A stretch of DNA of 64,000 bases, taken from assembly GCA_963764725.1 (NCBI GenBank), contig CAVXTM010000018.1:608001-672000 (forward strand). The letters are read 5' to 3'. The position numbers and the translations under genes are program-made. Position 1 is the stretch's first letter. Every line of letters begins with the position of its first letter. This document shows positions 41,036 to 51,491 of this stretch, in pieces. Source of the DNA: an uncultured Gammaproteobacteria bacterium. GTDB lineage: Bacteria; Pseudomonadota; Gammaproteobacteria; JACCXJ01. The notes beneath the pieces are model-generated. The model was not told the origin of the DNA, searched no databases, and saw only the letters and a list, made by a program, of their open reading frames with translations.

Positions 41036-41121
41036 CGCGGACCGCGCCGCATTGATTGAAAGGCAATAAGCTCGCATAATCTCGCGACGATTAACAGACG
41101 AACCATTCGAAAGGAGACGGT

Positions 41122-41511
41122 GTGGCTAAACTTCCGATTCGGCTCAAGCGCAACATTGAGGAGCCCCTCAAGGCGCAAGTGGTGCGGCAGATAAGCGAAA
41201 TTATCAAAAGTGCTAAGCTTAAACCCGGGGCGGCGCTGCCCTCGACCCAATCGCTCGGTGCGCAACTCGGTATTAGCCGGGAAACGGTGAGACGAGCTTA
41301 TGTGCGGCTTCGGGAAGCGAAGCTGATAGAGCTTGAGGAAAAGCAGGGGTACCAGGTGCGGGGCAGCAGCGCGAGACGGATCCCGGCGGTCAAAACGCCC
41401 CCGGCAATGAAAGCGCATCCGGGTCTCAAAAGCGACTCGGTAGGGCGCATCGGCGGTGCTGCGAACCTAGACTCGAGCGCCTGGCCGGCGCGATCGAATC
41501 GGGGATCCTGA
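41122..41511 (+). CDS. GntR-family HTH protein
   Basis: LKPGAALPSTQSLGAQLGISRETVRRAY. Confidence 0.75.
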   Translation: MAKLPIRLKRNIEEPLKAQVVRQISEIIKSAKLKPGAALPSTQSLGAQLGISRETVRRAYVRLREAKLIELEEKQGYQVRGSSARRIPAVKTPPAMKAHPGLKSDSVGRIGGAANLDSSAWPARSNRGS

Positions 41512-41634
41512 AGGTGCCGTTGCCACTCGCCTGGTAGGCGGCCGTGCTCCGTGGATCGTTTCGGTTGGGGAACGTGACCTCGACAGGTAGGCGGCACGCA
41601 CCCCGGCGGGTTGCTCCACGATAAGTAAGCTCGT

Positions 41635-41913
41635 TTATCGAGGCGCCTTCGTCTCGCCGTTCAGATACCACAGGATCATTGCGACATTGGCAATATCCAC
41701 CTCTTGGCCGGTCGGCGAGAGGGCCTGATCGCGAAGTCGATTAGCGAGAGCCCGGTAATTCTCTTTCTGGTTCCAACCCCGCAGGCCCTTGATCGCTTTT
41801 TCGGCGAATCTCGCTTTCATCTCGATGGCGAATTCATCCACGGCCGCGTGCAGCCCCACGATCTCTTCGCGGATGGCCGGATCAACCGAGTTCAATAGCG
41901 TGTTAAATTCCAT
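41635..41913 (-). CDS. small helical hypothetical protein
   Basis: FAIEMKARF...KGLRGW...EVDIANVAMILW. Confidence 0.55.
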   Translation of the reverse strand: MEFNTLLNSVDPAIREEIVGLHAAVDEFAIEMKARFAEKAIKGLRGWNQKENYRALANRLRDQALSPTGQEVDIANVAMILWYLNGETKAPR

Positions 41914-42053
41914 ACGCAACCCCTCAGCCCAGTGCGAGTAGTTCGGTACTTGAATACCAAGCCGCCCTTGCGACCCCCTGAACATTATAAGCTGTACCGA
42001 CCGGGCGTTTCTCACCCCCACCCAGCATGCCTGGCCTCTAACGTGACGCGCGC

Positions 42054-43388
42054 ATGATCCGACCGCGGGTGGTCATCTCGACCTTTGGCTCCCTTGGCGA
42101 TCTGAACCCTTACGTCGCGATCGCGCTAGAGCTTCGGCACCGGGGCTATGAGCCGGTGATCGCAACCACGCCTCTCTACCGCGATAAGATCACCTCGCTT
42201 GGGCTTATGTTTCATCCGGTCCGCCCAGACCTGCCCTCCTACGACCGCCCCGAAGAACTCGAGGCGATCGTACGAGGTGCCATAGACCCGATGACCGGAA
42301 TTCGGACCATCGTCGGGGAGTTGATCATGCCCTATCTACGCGGCATCTACGACGATCTCTGTCAGGCGGTGCAAGGCGCCGCCTTGTTGTTGAGCCATCC
42401 CCTCCCGCTGGTCGCACCGATCGTCGCGGAGAGGACGGGCGTGCCGTGGGTCTCGAGCGTGCTTGCCCCGATGTCGCTCTTCTCCGTCCATGATCCCGCC
42501 GTTAACGCCCAGATGCCGTGGTTACACCCGTTCCTTAAGCTATCGCCCGCCCTCTGTCGCGCCAGCATCCATCTCGTCAGACGATTGTCGGACCGGATGC
42601 TGAGACCGCTCTATGCGTTGAGGGCGGAATTGGGGTTACCGCCGGGACCGCATCCGCTTATCGAAGGGCTCCATGCCCCGAGCGCGGCGTTGGCGCTCTT
42701 TTCCAAGCTCTTGGTCCGGGATCAGCGCGATTGGCCGCGACAGCTTCGAGTCACAGGCTTTCCTTACCACGATCTTCGCGGCCGACCCGGGGATCCCGTC
42801 GACTTGCCCTGCGGATTGCAACGATTCCTCGAAACCGGTCCGCCGCCACTGGTTTTTTCGCTTGGCTCCGCAGCCTTCTGGGCGGCGGGGGATTTTTTCA
42901 AGCAGAGTATCGAGGCTGCGGTGGCCCTAGGCCAACGTGCCGTCTTGCTGGTGGGCGACGATCGCTTTCTACCCCGCGATCCCCTGCCGGCTGGCATCGC
43001 GGCTTACGACTACGCCCCCTACGGCGCGCTCTTCCCGCACGCGAGCGTCGTTATCCACCACGGGGGGATCGGGTCGACCGCCCAGGTCTTGCGTGCCGGG
43101 CGGCCGATGCTTGTCGTGCCGATCGCCCACGACCAATACGACAACGCGGCGCGTGTGGGTGCACTCGGCGTCGCCCGCACCCTTCCCCGCCGCCGCTACC
43201 AAAAGCAGCAGGTTGTCTCCGCGCTGCGGGCGTTGCTAGAAGAGCCGAGCTACGTCGAAAGAGCGCGCACCACGGCCGAGGAGGTACGATGCGAACGAGG
43301 GACCGCCGCCGCGGTCGACATTATCGAAGAGGTCCTGGCACGCGGCGGTTTGCACAGTCAGTTTTTATCATCCTTGAACCCCATGTGA
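42054..43388 (+). CDS. family 1 (GT-B) glycosyltransferase
   Basis: GSLGDLNPY, FSLGS, IHHGGIGST, PIAHDQYDNA. Confidence 0.92.
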   Translation: MIRPRVVISTFGSLGDLNPYVAIALELRHRGYEPVIATTPLYRDKITSLGLMFHPVRPDLPSYDRPEELEAIVRGAIDPMTGIRTIVGELIMPYLRGIYDDLCQAVQGAALLLSHPLPLVAPIVAERTGVPWVSSVLAPMSLFSVHDPAVNAQMPWLHPFLKLSPALCRASIHLVRRLSDRMLRPLYALRAELGLPPGPHPLIEGLHAPSAALALFSKLLVRDQRDWPRQLRVTGFPYHDLRGRPGDPVDLPCGLQRFLETGPPPLVFSLGSAAFWAAGDFFKQSIEAAVALGQRAVLLVGDDRFLPRDPLPAGIAAYDYAPYGALFPHASVVIHHGGIGSTAQVLRAGRPMLVVPIAHDQYDNAARVGALGVARTLPRRRYQKQQVVSALRALLEEPSYVERARTTAEEVRCERGTAAAVDIIEEVLARGGLHSQFLSSLNPM

Positions 43389-43993
43389 TAGTGCGACCCA
43401 TCGCAGAACGGCTTGTTCTTCGACCCGCCGCAGCGACACAGCGTGTAATGCTCAGGGGACAGTGGGCGGGCCTCACCCCTCAGTTCTGGGCCACCGACCA
43501 CGAACAGGGGCCCATCCCTCATCACATGGATGCACGGCGTGCGCACTTGATCCCGGCACAGGATGTTATTCAAGGTATAACTCAGCGCCCCGGAAGGACA
43601 CATTGTGATGGTTTCCATGGTTTTGGTTGCGGGATCGCCGTCGGGGTTGATCCAGGGTTCCGTCTTCAGGCTGAAGACATTCGGTGAGTGCTCGGTGCAA
43701 AACCCTGCGTGTGAGCACGTAAACCGGTTGTCATGGATGGTGAGTTCCTTGCCCACGTAGTCATCGGTCTTGCTTGCTGACGGATCGCGCAAGCGCTCCC
43801 CGGAAAAACCGATCTTCTTGTGTGTGCCATCGCAGAACGGCTTGTTCTTCGACCCGCCGCAGCGACACAGGTACATCGTCGGCTCGGTTCGGATCGGCTC
43901 GCCCTTCGAGTTGCGGCAATCCGTTATGCCGTTAACCAGGTAAGGGCCGCTCGGCCTGAGATCAATGCTTGCTACCTGAGTTGAATCAGACAT
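43358..43993 (-). CDS. CDGSH iron-sulfur protein (two CDGSH domains plus divergent ferredoxin)
   Basis: LCRCGGSKNKPFCDG twice; CSHAGFC, CPSGAL. Confidence 0.92.
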   Translation of the reverse strand: MSDSTQVASIDLRPSGPYLVNGITDCRNSKGEPIRTEPTMYLCRCGGSKNKPFCDGTHKKIGFSGERLRDPSASKTDDYVGKELTIHDNRFTCSHAGFCTEHSPNVFSLKTEPWINPDGDPATKTMETITMCPSGALSYTLNNILCRDQVRTPCIHVMRDGPLFVVGGPELRGEARPLSPEHYTLCRCGGSKNKPFCDGSHYHMGFKDDKN

Positions 43994-44698
43994 AGTGGTC
44001 TCCTTCAACGAACAGTCAGTGTAACAGTTCGGGGTAAAGCACGCGAATTAAAACGGCTGACGGCTGACGCCATAGCGCTGGCAGATCCCGACCACATCTT
44101 GGTTCTCGACGAGATGCCAGCGGGGGCGATCCCTTGAAGTACATTGCAGGTCCTATACCGCCTGCTAAAGCGTATTTTTATTCCATAGCGCGGCCGCAAT
44201 GTAACGGTGGCATCCGGGGTAACCGGATGCTCCGATAAAGCTCAAAACGAAAATTCTGTGCGATAGTCAGTAAAATTCCTTCTATCATGGCGAAAGTATT
44301 ACCGATGCAGATGCCGGCCGAATCTTACACGTAGCTGTTCACGCTGTGTTTGTCTCTTAGCGGGTGCCACGCCACGATGAATCGCGGGGCGTTGGGTCGG
44401 CATTGGGCGGACCATGGGGTGCCGCGGTAGGGCAACGGCATGACGGATATGATTCATGGTGACCATTATTGCGAACGACAGCGGTACAGACACCGCCACC
44501 ACTATAAAGGCCAGGATGACGGGCGTTTCTACTATCGAGAAGCCGCGTAAGTTGGCTCGATCTAGAATTTGGTCAGAACGGGTTCGGACACCGGCCGTCT
44601 CATCACGGCAATGCCGATCGCGCCATCAGTTGGGACTCACCAGTCCCGGGCGGCGTGGAGGGAATACACCCCGGTCCGCGCCGTGTACGAGAAACGCC

Positions 44699-46780
44699 AT
44701 GAAGCCCAGTAGATTCTTGACCGCCCTAGGGGCGGCCATCCTCCTCTACACGGTCATCGGGTTCCTGCTCTTCCCGATGCTCGTCGAGAGGGTTGCTGTC
44801 GGAGAGCTGAAAAAGGCCTTGGGGCGCAATGTAACAATCAGGAAAATCCACTTCAATCCTTATAACCTGTCGGTAACCGTCCAAGGGTTTCAGATCGATG
44901 AGCTAAAAGGCGGGGCGTTCCTCTCCTGGGACACCTTCTACGTCAACTTCGAGCCTTGGTCGTCGCTCTTTCATCGCACCTGGGTATTCAAGGACGGAGC
45001 ACTGCTTGAACCTCACGTGAACGTCGTTCGGAACGCCGATGGCACGCTGAACTTCGCCGATCTGCTCCTCCTGGAATGGCCGAAAATCCCCCAGTTCCGC
45101 CTCAACCTAATGCGTCTCGCAGATGGAAAAGTCGTCTTTCACGACGCGGCTCTCCCCAGCAGGTTCTCCACGACCATCGGCTCCATCACAGGAAATTTCA
45201 AGGACTTCTCGATGAGCCCCGACCACAAAAACCCGTATTCGTTTACCGCCGTCTCTGAAGCAGGTGAGAAGTTCTCGTGGAACGGATTTGTTCGTCTGGA
45301 CCCATTGAGTTCGCATGGGGAACTCGCAGCGGAGGACGTCCGGATAAGGAAGTACTACCCGTACTTCGAGGAGTTCTTGAACTTTACGATCGCGGGCGGA
45401 ACGCTCACGGCGCGTGCGACATACGATTTGGATCTTTCTCGGGACCACTTCAAGGCACTTCTGAGTGACAGCACGATCACGGCCCGCTCTCTCAAAGTGC
45501 ACGAGCACGAGAGTGGCGCGGCCTTTTTTGGTCTCGCGGAGCTCGCGCTTACCGAAGCCCATTTGGATTTTGTGCAGCAGAAGATCGAGGTCGCCTCGAT
45601 CGCAGTCACTGGCGGATCGGTAGTTCTCAGGCGCCTTCCGGACAACTCGTTCAACGTCCAGCACGTGATAAAGCCTGTGACCACTCCTTCGGTGACGAAG
45701 GCAGCGACTGCTGCCAACTGGCATGTGTCTGTAGGCGAAATCCGTTTGGCGGATTTCGGCGCGGAGATGAACCAGGTTTTCGGCCGGGAAACCGTGCAGT
45801 GGAAGGAACTCCGGTTTTCCAAGCCGACATTCCGGATGAATCCTCTAGCCGCCTCCATAGCCGCGGTCACGCTTAAGGATGGAAAGCTAATGTTCAGCGA
45901 TCACTCCTTAACGCCGCCCGTCAGGATGGCCCTGACTCATCTGGATATCCGAATTGGAGGATTCTCGTCGGACAATCCCCGAGAGGCCAGCGTAGCGGTC
46001 ACGGCCAAAATCGACAATGTCGCCAAGCTTAAGATTTCCGGGGAGACCAATCCGATCCACAAGCAAGGAGCGACGAACGTCCGCGGGCTCCTTCAAAACG
46101 TCAATCTCGTCCCGCTCAGCCCGTACGTCGCAAAGTACCTCGGTTATGAACTGACGAAAGGGGAGCTCGGTCTAGACGTAAAGTATTTGATTCAACGCCG
46201 GAAGCTCAGCGCCCAAAATAAAATAGAAATTGATCACCTTACGTTAGGCGAGAAGACAAAGAGCAAGTACGCCACGGAGCTCCCGGTGAATCTGGCCATC
46301 ACCCTTCTCAAAGATACGAGCGGAAAGATCACGCTGGACGTTCCCATCACGGGAACGTTGGACGATCCCAAGTTTCAGCTTAAGGAAGCGATCATCAAAG
46401 CAGTGCTTAATCCGTTCACGAAAACCGCCACGGCCCCGTTTGCGGCGCTGGGTGCCCAATTGGGAGGCGGAGGCGAAGAGCTCGCCTTCCAGGAATTTTT
46501 TCCCGGGAGTGACCAGCTCCCCCCGCAGGAAACACGAAAGCTAGATAAGATCCTCCAAGGCCTGAAGCGATGGCCGGAGCTCATACTCGATATCGAGGGC
46601 TCCGTGGACGCGGAGAAGGACACCGGTAATCTTCAACTTCTCGCCGCCAACCGGGCCAAAACCGTAAAAGAGTATCTTCTCCGCCAGGGGGCGCTGGAAC
46701 CGGGCAGGATCTTCCTGATCGACAACTCGCTGGAGAGCGTCCCCAGAAAAGGAAGCCGCGCTCTCCTCCACCTGAAATAA
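44699..46780 (+). CDS. DUF748 domain protein
   Basis: N-terminal TM, FNPYNL, LSPYVAKYLGY, LPVNLAITLLKD..G.I.LDVPI.G.LDDP. Confidence 0.88.
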   Translation: MKPSRFLTALGAAILLYTVIGFLLFPMLVERVAVGELKKALGRNVTIRKIHFNPYNLSVTVQGFQIDELKGGAFLSWDTFYVNFEPWSSLFHRTWVFKDGALLEPHVNVVRNADGTLNFADLLLLEWPKIPQFRLNLMRLADGKVVFHDAALPSRFSTTIGSITGNFKDFSMSPDHKNPYSFTAVSEAGEKFSWNGFVRLDPLSSHGELAAEDVRIRKYYPYFEEFLNFTIAGGTLTARATYDLDLSRDHFKALLSDSTITARSLKVHEHESGAAFFGLAELALTEAHLDFVQQKIEVASIAVTGGSVVLRRLPDNSFNVQHVIKPVTTPSVTKAATAANWHVSVGEIRLADFGAEMNQVFGRETVQWKELRFSKPTFRMNPLAASIAAVTLKDGKLMFSDHSLTPPVRMALTHLDIRIGGFSSDNPREASVAVTAKIDNVAKLKISGETNPIHKQGATNVRGLLQNVNLVPLSPYVAKYLGYELTKGELGLDVKYLIQRRKLSAQNKIEIDHLTLGEKTKSKYATELPVNLAITLLKDTSGKITLDVPITGTLDDPKFQLKEAIIKAVLNPFTKTATAPFAALGAQLGGGGEELAFQEFFPGSDQLPPQETRKLDKILQGLKRWPELILDIEGSVDAEKDTGNLQLLAANRAKTVKEYLLRQGALEPGRIFLIDNSLESVPRKGSRALLHLK

Positions 46781-46795
46781 CAGTAGCGATCCTAT

Positions 46796-47290
46796 TCACG
46801 CCGGACCTTGTTTATCCGCGCGATCGAAGTGGCGATGCTGCTTCATCGCCTCAATAAACTCCCGAACTAGTGTCTTGATATCGACGCGCGAAGTGATCAC
46901 ACCCTTGTGACTCACGATCTTCGATTTGGTCGCTTCGCCAGCGAGGTCAATACCGGGCAAGTTCGCCGCGGCCATAAGCTGTATGCCTTCCCCGCTCGCG
47001 CCTAGCGTCTTGCAATGTCGGAAGGCTTCCTGAACAAAATGGATCGCATCGCCCTGCTTCGTCATCGCCATGGCGCTTGCGTTCCCGCTGGGAACAAACA
47101 CCGCGTCGTAAAACACCGACGCCGCCGTGAGATGACTCTTGTCGGCCTCGACCGCGCTTTGCAACGCCTCGACCAGATGCTCGCGTTCCGGCGCCGATTG
47201 ACTCTTCAAAAACATCGTCGCCTGACTGTAGTGGTCTTTGAAGCTATCGCTGCGGGCGCGGATCTTGTTGCCGTCCACTCACTCGGCGTA
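46796..47290 (-). pseudogene. large-subunit catalase (KatE-like) C-terminal remnant with internal deletion
   Basis: KIRARSDSFKDHYSQATMF...EREHL; ASVFYDAV...FVQEAFRHCK...HRHFDR. Confidence 0.8.
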
Positions 47291-47369
47291 GTGGGTGTAC
47301 CAACTGCGGTTTTAAATCAGAACTCTCGGCGGCCGGGGAGCCCGTTACGCCAGAATCGCGCGATACGTG

Positions 47370-47972
47370 TTACAGCATCTTCTCGCGCGCTTGTTCCGCG
47401 CGCGCCGCGCCAATAGCGGTTTTCACGTCTTTTTCTTCTTCGGGGGGCGGCAGGACCGCGGGCATTCCGAGCGACTGGATCCACAATTCGCGGCACCAGC
47501 CTTTGCTGTGGTAGAGGTGCTCGTCTTCCTCACCTTCAACTTCTTCGCACGCCGCTGTTAACGCTTTCTTCTCGTCGCCTTTGGCTTTATCGGCGCATCT
47601 CGAAAGCAGTTCCCAGTTTTGATGGTCCTTGGTTTCGGCGAGTACCACGCACTCACAGGCGAGAAGCTCGGCAGCTTCCCGCTTGCCGCTTTTTTTTGCC
47701 ATTTGAATAGCCTGCACCAGTCCTTCACCGAGATGGTGAACAACCTCGCGTCCCGGTGTTTGCTGTTCCGGGTCGAGACCGAATTTCTCAAAGAGATCGC
47801 GAACGACTTCGATATGAAGCATCGTCTGTTCAAGGTATTCTGTCCATTCCTCTTTCAGGTCCTTGTTAACCACGCACTGCAAAGCGCTGGTATAAACCTG
47901 CGCGCCACCCATCTCGGTTTCCAACATCTGGTACAAGAGTTCTTTAACCTGTTCGTTCATTTTCGTCTCCAT
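47370..47972 (-). CDS. ferritin-like DUF892 family protein
   Basis: LETEMGG, AETKDHQNW, EEDEHLYH. Confidence 0.8.
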   Translation of the reverse strand: METKMNEQVKELLYQMLETEMGGAQVYTSALQCVVNKDLKEEWTEYLEQTMLHIEVVRDLFEKFGLDPEQQTPGREVVHHLGEGLVQAIQMAKKSGKREAAELLACECVVLAETKDHQNWELLSRCADKAKGDEKKALTAACEEVEGEEDEHLYHSKGWCRELWIQSLGMPAVLPPPEEEKDVKTAIGAARAEQAREKML

Positions 47973-48054
47973 AGGTGCGTCTAGCGTAGAAGCGCTTATG
48001 CCTGATGTGCCGACTGCTAACTGCTACACTATATCGTGTGTTTCAGCCGTGATC

Positions 48055-48074
48055 GGCGCACCGGGGGGACTCGA
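48055..48074 (-). other. tRNA 3'-end-like relic (possible att scar)
   Basis: Minus strand TCGAGTCCCCCCGGTGCGCC resembles a T-arm plus acceptor strand; no 5' half found. Confidence 0.3.
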
Positions 48075-48209
48075 GAGAGTTGCCTCACAGAGTACGTTTT
48101 CTAGCTTACGTCCGTTTCACCGGCCGTCGAAATATCGTTCGATGGTGTGCGATAGCTCGATCAAAAGACATTGCAACCCTCGGCATCGCGGGTGAGTGTT
48201 CAACCCTGC

Positions 48210-48287
48210 TCAATTCATAACAAGATAAATAATGACCAGCACGATGGCAGGTACACCCAGAAGCCATCCAATAAAATATTTGCCCAT
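48210..48287 (-). CDS. 25-aa single-TM small protein
   Basis: RBS AGGAG, MGKYFIGWLLGVPAIVLVIIYLVMN*; below the ORF-track cutoff. Confidence 0.7.
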   Translation of the reverse strand: MGKYFIGWLLGVPAIVLVIIYLVMN

Positions 48288-48350
48288 TGCCGTTCTCCTA
48301 AAATAAATAAATTTAAATGTGTGTCGAAGCCGCTGTCTACACCCGATTCA

Positions 48351-48554
48351 CTAGAATTTCATCGGCGGTTGGTCGTCCCAAGCCTCCGGTGGTGTTGCCG
48401 GGATTACTGGCGCAGGGGTGCGCACCGAGCCCTGGAATTTATTAGTGGCGCTCGTGCATCGGTCGCGCAAACGTACGCGGCGCGGCCGGCCCGAATCGGG
48501 ATCAAAGAAATACATCAGCGCAGCGCCGATGCCCATGAGTATTAGTGTCGTCAT
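48351..48554 (-). CDS. small membrane-anchored protein (YtxH/BON-associated N-terminus)
   Basis: RBS GAGGA; GIGAALMYFFDPDSGRPRR. Confidence 0.6.
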   Translation of the reverse strand: MTTLILMGIGAALMYFFDPDSGRPRRVRLRDRCTSATNKFQGSVRTPAPVIPATPPEAWDDQPPMKF

Positions 48555-48924
48555 AGGGTCCTCCTCTACTAAGTGACGCAGAGCGTATCTGCATCGATTG
48601 ATCGACGCGTGTGGCGGGTCACCCGCTTGGTTCAGGGGTGAGCAACGCATATGCCATAGGCTTCTTTTCCCTACTCTTGCCTTAGCGATCAAGCATCTGG
48701 GGCTAGGGCGAATCAGAATAAAAAACATTTTTGCGAGGAGGTCCGGTAAAGATTACCGTTCCGTTGTAGACCTTACAGCGAGTGCACGGGTCAAGCGCTG
48801 CGCGCGAGGTTGTGACGATGAAATAGCACGGGCGAGGAGACCACGCGATGGACACTGTCCGCTCCGCTGGTCGGGCTTTGTAGGGCGGGGCGACCGGCAA
48901 TCCCGCCGACATGCTGAAAAAGCG

Positions 48925-49248
48925 TTACTTCTTCTCCAGCAGAAGTTGACCTTCCTTTCTTACTCTACCCATAATGGTGTCGGCGATGGTGGCGAGGATG
49001 TTTGGTAAAACCACTTCCAAAATCACCGACTCTTCGAACACATCAAGGTGCCCATGTATCGCCTGACCAAATGTGCCGCCCTCGAAATAAAGACGATCGT
49101 CTTCCCAACGTTCATCAAACGACAACATCAAACCGGTAACGCCACCGGTCATTTGTGCGCGCATATTCCCGAATCCTTCCCCAATACGGCGGCGCGCCTC
49201 AGCCTTTCCAAGCTTGTGGGGAATATTGACAGTGACAGGTCTCGACAT
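48925..49248 (-). CDS. polyhydroxyalkanoic acid system family protein
   Basis: IPHKLGKAEARRRI...W...EVVLP. Confidence 0.8.
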   Translation of the reverse strand: MSRPVTVNIPHKLGKAEARRRIGEGFGNMRAQMTGGVTGLMLSFDERWEDDRLYFEGGTFGQAIHGHLDVFEESVILEVVLPNILATIADTIMGRVRKEGQLLLEKK

Positions 49249-49426
49249 TCGGCTTTTCCTCGTGAACTCTCATTTTAACTATGTAATGTGCGCGCCGCCA
49301 TCATGTTTACGCCGTGGAACATCTAACTGGTAGGCAACGTTCGCGGGGTACTTCCGTCGTGCGGTTGGGATGGTCATTGCAGTCGCGGGCGGCTGTGTGG
49401 TAGAACTGCCAATCCTGAGAGGGCCC

Positions 49427-50704
49427 ATGCGTACTCCCCGCGTAGAATTCATCTCGATGATCGTTCTGGCTGTCGCGGTCGCGGCCTGTAGCGAACGCTC
49501 CGGCGTGGCCGCGGACGATGCCGGGTCTCAGACGTCTGGCGACAGCGTTCCCGGCCGCGCGGCCGCCTGCATGCCGCTCGAAACACGCGAGGCAAACGCG
49601 CCAGACCAGCGTCCGGCGTTCCCCGGCCAGACACGAGCATGCGCGAGCCAATCGAACGTCGCGTTCGATGTCGGCGTGCTCGCGAAGGGACTTGAGAACC
49701 CGTGGGCCGTGGAGCCGCTCCCCGGCGGCGACCTGCTGGTCACAGAGAAGCCCGGCCGCCTGCGCATTGTCTCGGCAACGGGTGAGCTGGGGCAGCCGAT
49801 TGGTGGCGTGCCAGCCGTCGATGCACGCGGGCAGGGCGGCCTGCTCGACGTCGCGCTGAGCGCGGCATTCGAGTCCGACCGGACGATCTATTGGAGCTAC
49901 ACCGAGCCTCGGCAGGAAGGCAACGCCACCAGCGTTGCGCGTGGGCTGCTGTCGGCCGACCAGCGGCGCCTCGAGCAGGTTCGGGTGATCTTTCGCGCGA
50001 TGCCAACCTACGACGGCAACAAACATTTCGGCTCGCGGCTAGCCTTCGGTCCGGACGCGATGCTGTACATAACGCTCGGCGAGCGCTCGGACGCACCGAT
50101 GCGGCCGCAGGCGCAGCAGCTCGACAGCCACATGGGCAAGATCCTGCGCATCAGGCCGGACGGCTCGGCCCCAACCGACAACCCGTTCGCCGGACAGCCC
50201 AACGCGCTGCCTGAGATCTGGACGCTCGGTCATCGAAATGTGCAGGCCGCCGCGTTCGATCCACAGGGACGATTCTGGGTGGTGGAGCATGGTACGAGGG
50301 GCGGGGACGAGCTGAACCTGATCGAGCGGGGCAAGAACTACGGCTGGCCGCTCGTGGCGTACGGCGAGGAGTACTTTGGATTGCCGATCCGCGGGGCGGT
50401 GACCGATCGCCCCGGCTTCGAGCAGCCCCGCTACTATTGGGACCCGGTGATAGCGCCATCCGGCGCACAGTTCTACACCGGCGATGCCTTCCCGGCTTGG
50501 CGCGGCAGTCTCTTCGTCGGCAGCCTCAAAGAAAAGAGGCTCGTGCGGCTGACCCTCGAGAACGATCGCGTGACTGGCGAGGAGCACCTCCTCGCCGACC
50601 GCGGTCAGCGCGTGCGCGACGTGCGGCAAGGTCCGGACGGCGCGCTGTACGTTGTCACGGACGAGGCAAACGGCGAGCTCTGGAAAATCGCACCGCGCCG
50701 CTGA
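49427..50704 (+). CDS. PQQ-dependent sugar dehydrogenase (YliI-like lipoprotein)
   Basis: Lipobox VAAC; GLENPW, GQGGLLDV, HFGSRL, GHRNVQ, GGDELN, NYGWP. Confidence 0.92.
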   Translation: MRTPRVEFISMIVLAVAVAACSERSGVAADDAGSQTSGDSVPGRAAACMPLETREANAPDQRPAFPGQTRACASQSNVAFDVGVLAKGLENPWAVEPLPGGDLLVTEKPGRLRIVSATGELGQPIGGVPAVDARGQGGLLDVALSAAFESDRTIYWSYTEPRQEGNATSVARGLLSADQRRLEQVRVIFRAMPTYDGNKHFGSRLAFGPDAMLYITLGERSDAPMRPQAQQLDSHMGKILRIRPDGSAPTDNPFAGQPNALPEIWTLGHRNVQAAAFDPQGRFWVVEHGTRGGDELNLIERGKNYGWPLVAYGEEYFGLPIRGAVTDRPGFEQPRYYWDPVIAPSGAQFYTGDAFPAWRGSLFVGSLKEKRLVRLTLENDRVTGEEHLLADRGQRVRDVRQGPDGALYVVTDEANGELWKIAPRR

Positions 50705-50780
50705 AGACATCGGTCGCCTGCACCGCACTTCGAGTCCTCCTAAGATCGCGCGAGTTTTTTTAAGCTTTGGCGCCATCCTT

Positions 50781-51491
50781 CTACCGCGAGTCCTCTCCAA
50801 CGCCTGCTTCCGCGAGCTTTTCTTTGGCTTTCTTGGTGACCAGGAATGCGACTACGATAGTCGCGGCGAGACCAATTCCGAAAAAGACCCATTGCGCCGT
50901 GCCCCACTCGCCTCCTCCGCCGGTTAAAGCCCCGCCTATTGCACCAAGATATAAGTACAGTATGACTCCGGGAATAATCCCGACGAAGGTCGCGAGGACG
51001 TAGTGCCAAAATTTGATCTGCGTAATACCAAAAAAGTAGTTCTGAAGATTGAACGGCACCAAAGGACTCAACCGCAGCAGCAGAACGACCTTCCAACCGT
51101 CCTCGGCGACTGCTTTATCCACTGCCTGGAACTTGGGCCGCTTTTCGATCATACCTTTTAATCGGTCACGCACGAGATAACGCGCGGTCAAAAAGGCAAG
51201 TGCCGCGCCGACCGTCGCACCGACCATAACGACGGGGAACCCCCATCCCAAACCGAACACCAGACCGGCTGCGATTGTGAACGGCGCGCCCGGCGCGAGG
51301 ACTACCGTGGCAACGATGTACGCGGCTGCAAAAACCACTCCGCCCCAAACACCCAGTCCCTCTATCCATCCGCTGAATGAATCTAGCCAGTCCTTTAGCG
51401 GTAGTAAAAACCAGGCGGCGAAAACCGCGACCAAGGCGATAGCCGGGATAATCAAATTCCTGGGGATTCCTTTTTCTTTCGATTCCGGCAT
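50781..51491 (-). CDS. TVP38/TMEM64 (VTT) membrane protein
   Basis: AGLVFG, LLRLSPLVPFNLQNY, GIIPG. Confidence 0.9.
   Translation of the reverse strand: MPESKEKGIPRNLIIPAIALVAVFAAWFLLPLKDWLDSFSGWIEGLGVWGGVVFAAAYIVATVVLAPGAPFTIAAGLVFGLGWGFPVVMVGATVGAALAFLTARYLVRDRLKGMIEKRPKFQAVDKAVAEDGWKVVLLLRLSPLVPFNLQNYFFGITQIKFWHYVLATFVGIIPGVILYLYLGAIGGALTGGGGEWGTAQWVFFGIGLAATIVVAFLVTKKAKEKLAEAGVGEDSR

Noticed and set aside
43398-43870. 44-nt exact direct repeat (43398-43441 and 43827-43870)
   Set aside because: It encodes the two CDGSH motifs of one protein, i.e. an intragenic duplication, not a mobile-element boundary.
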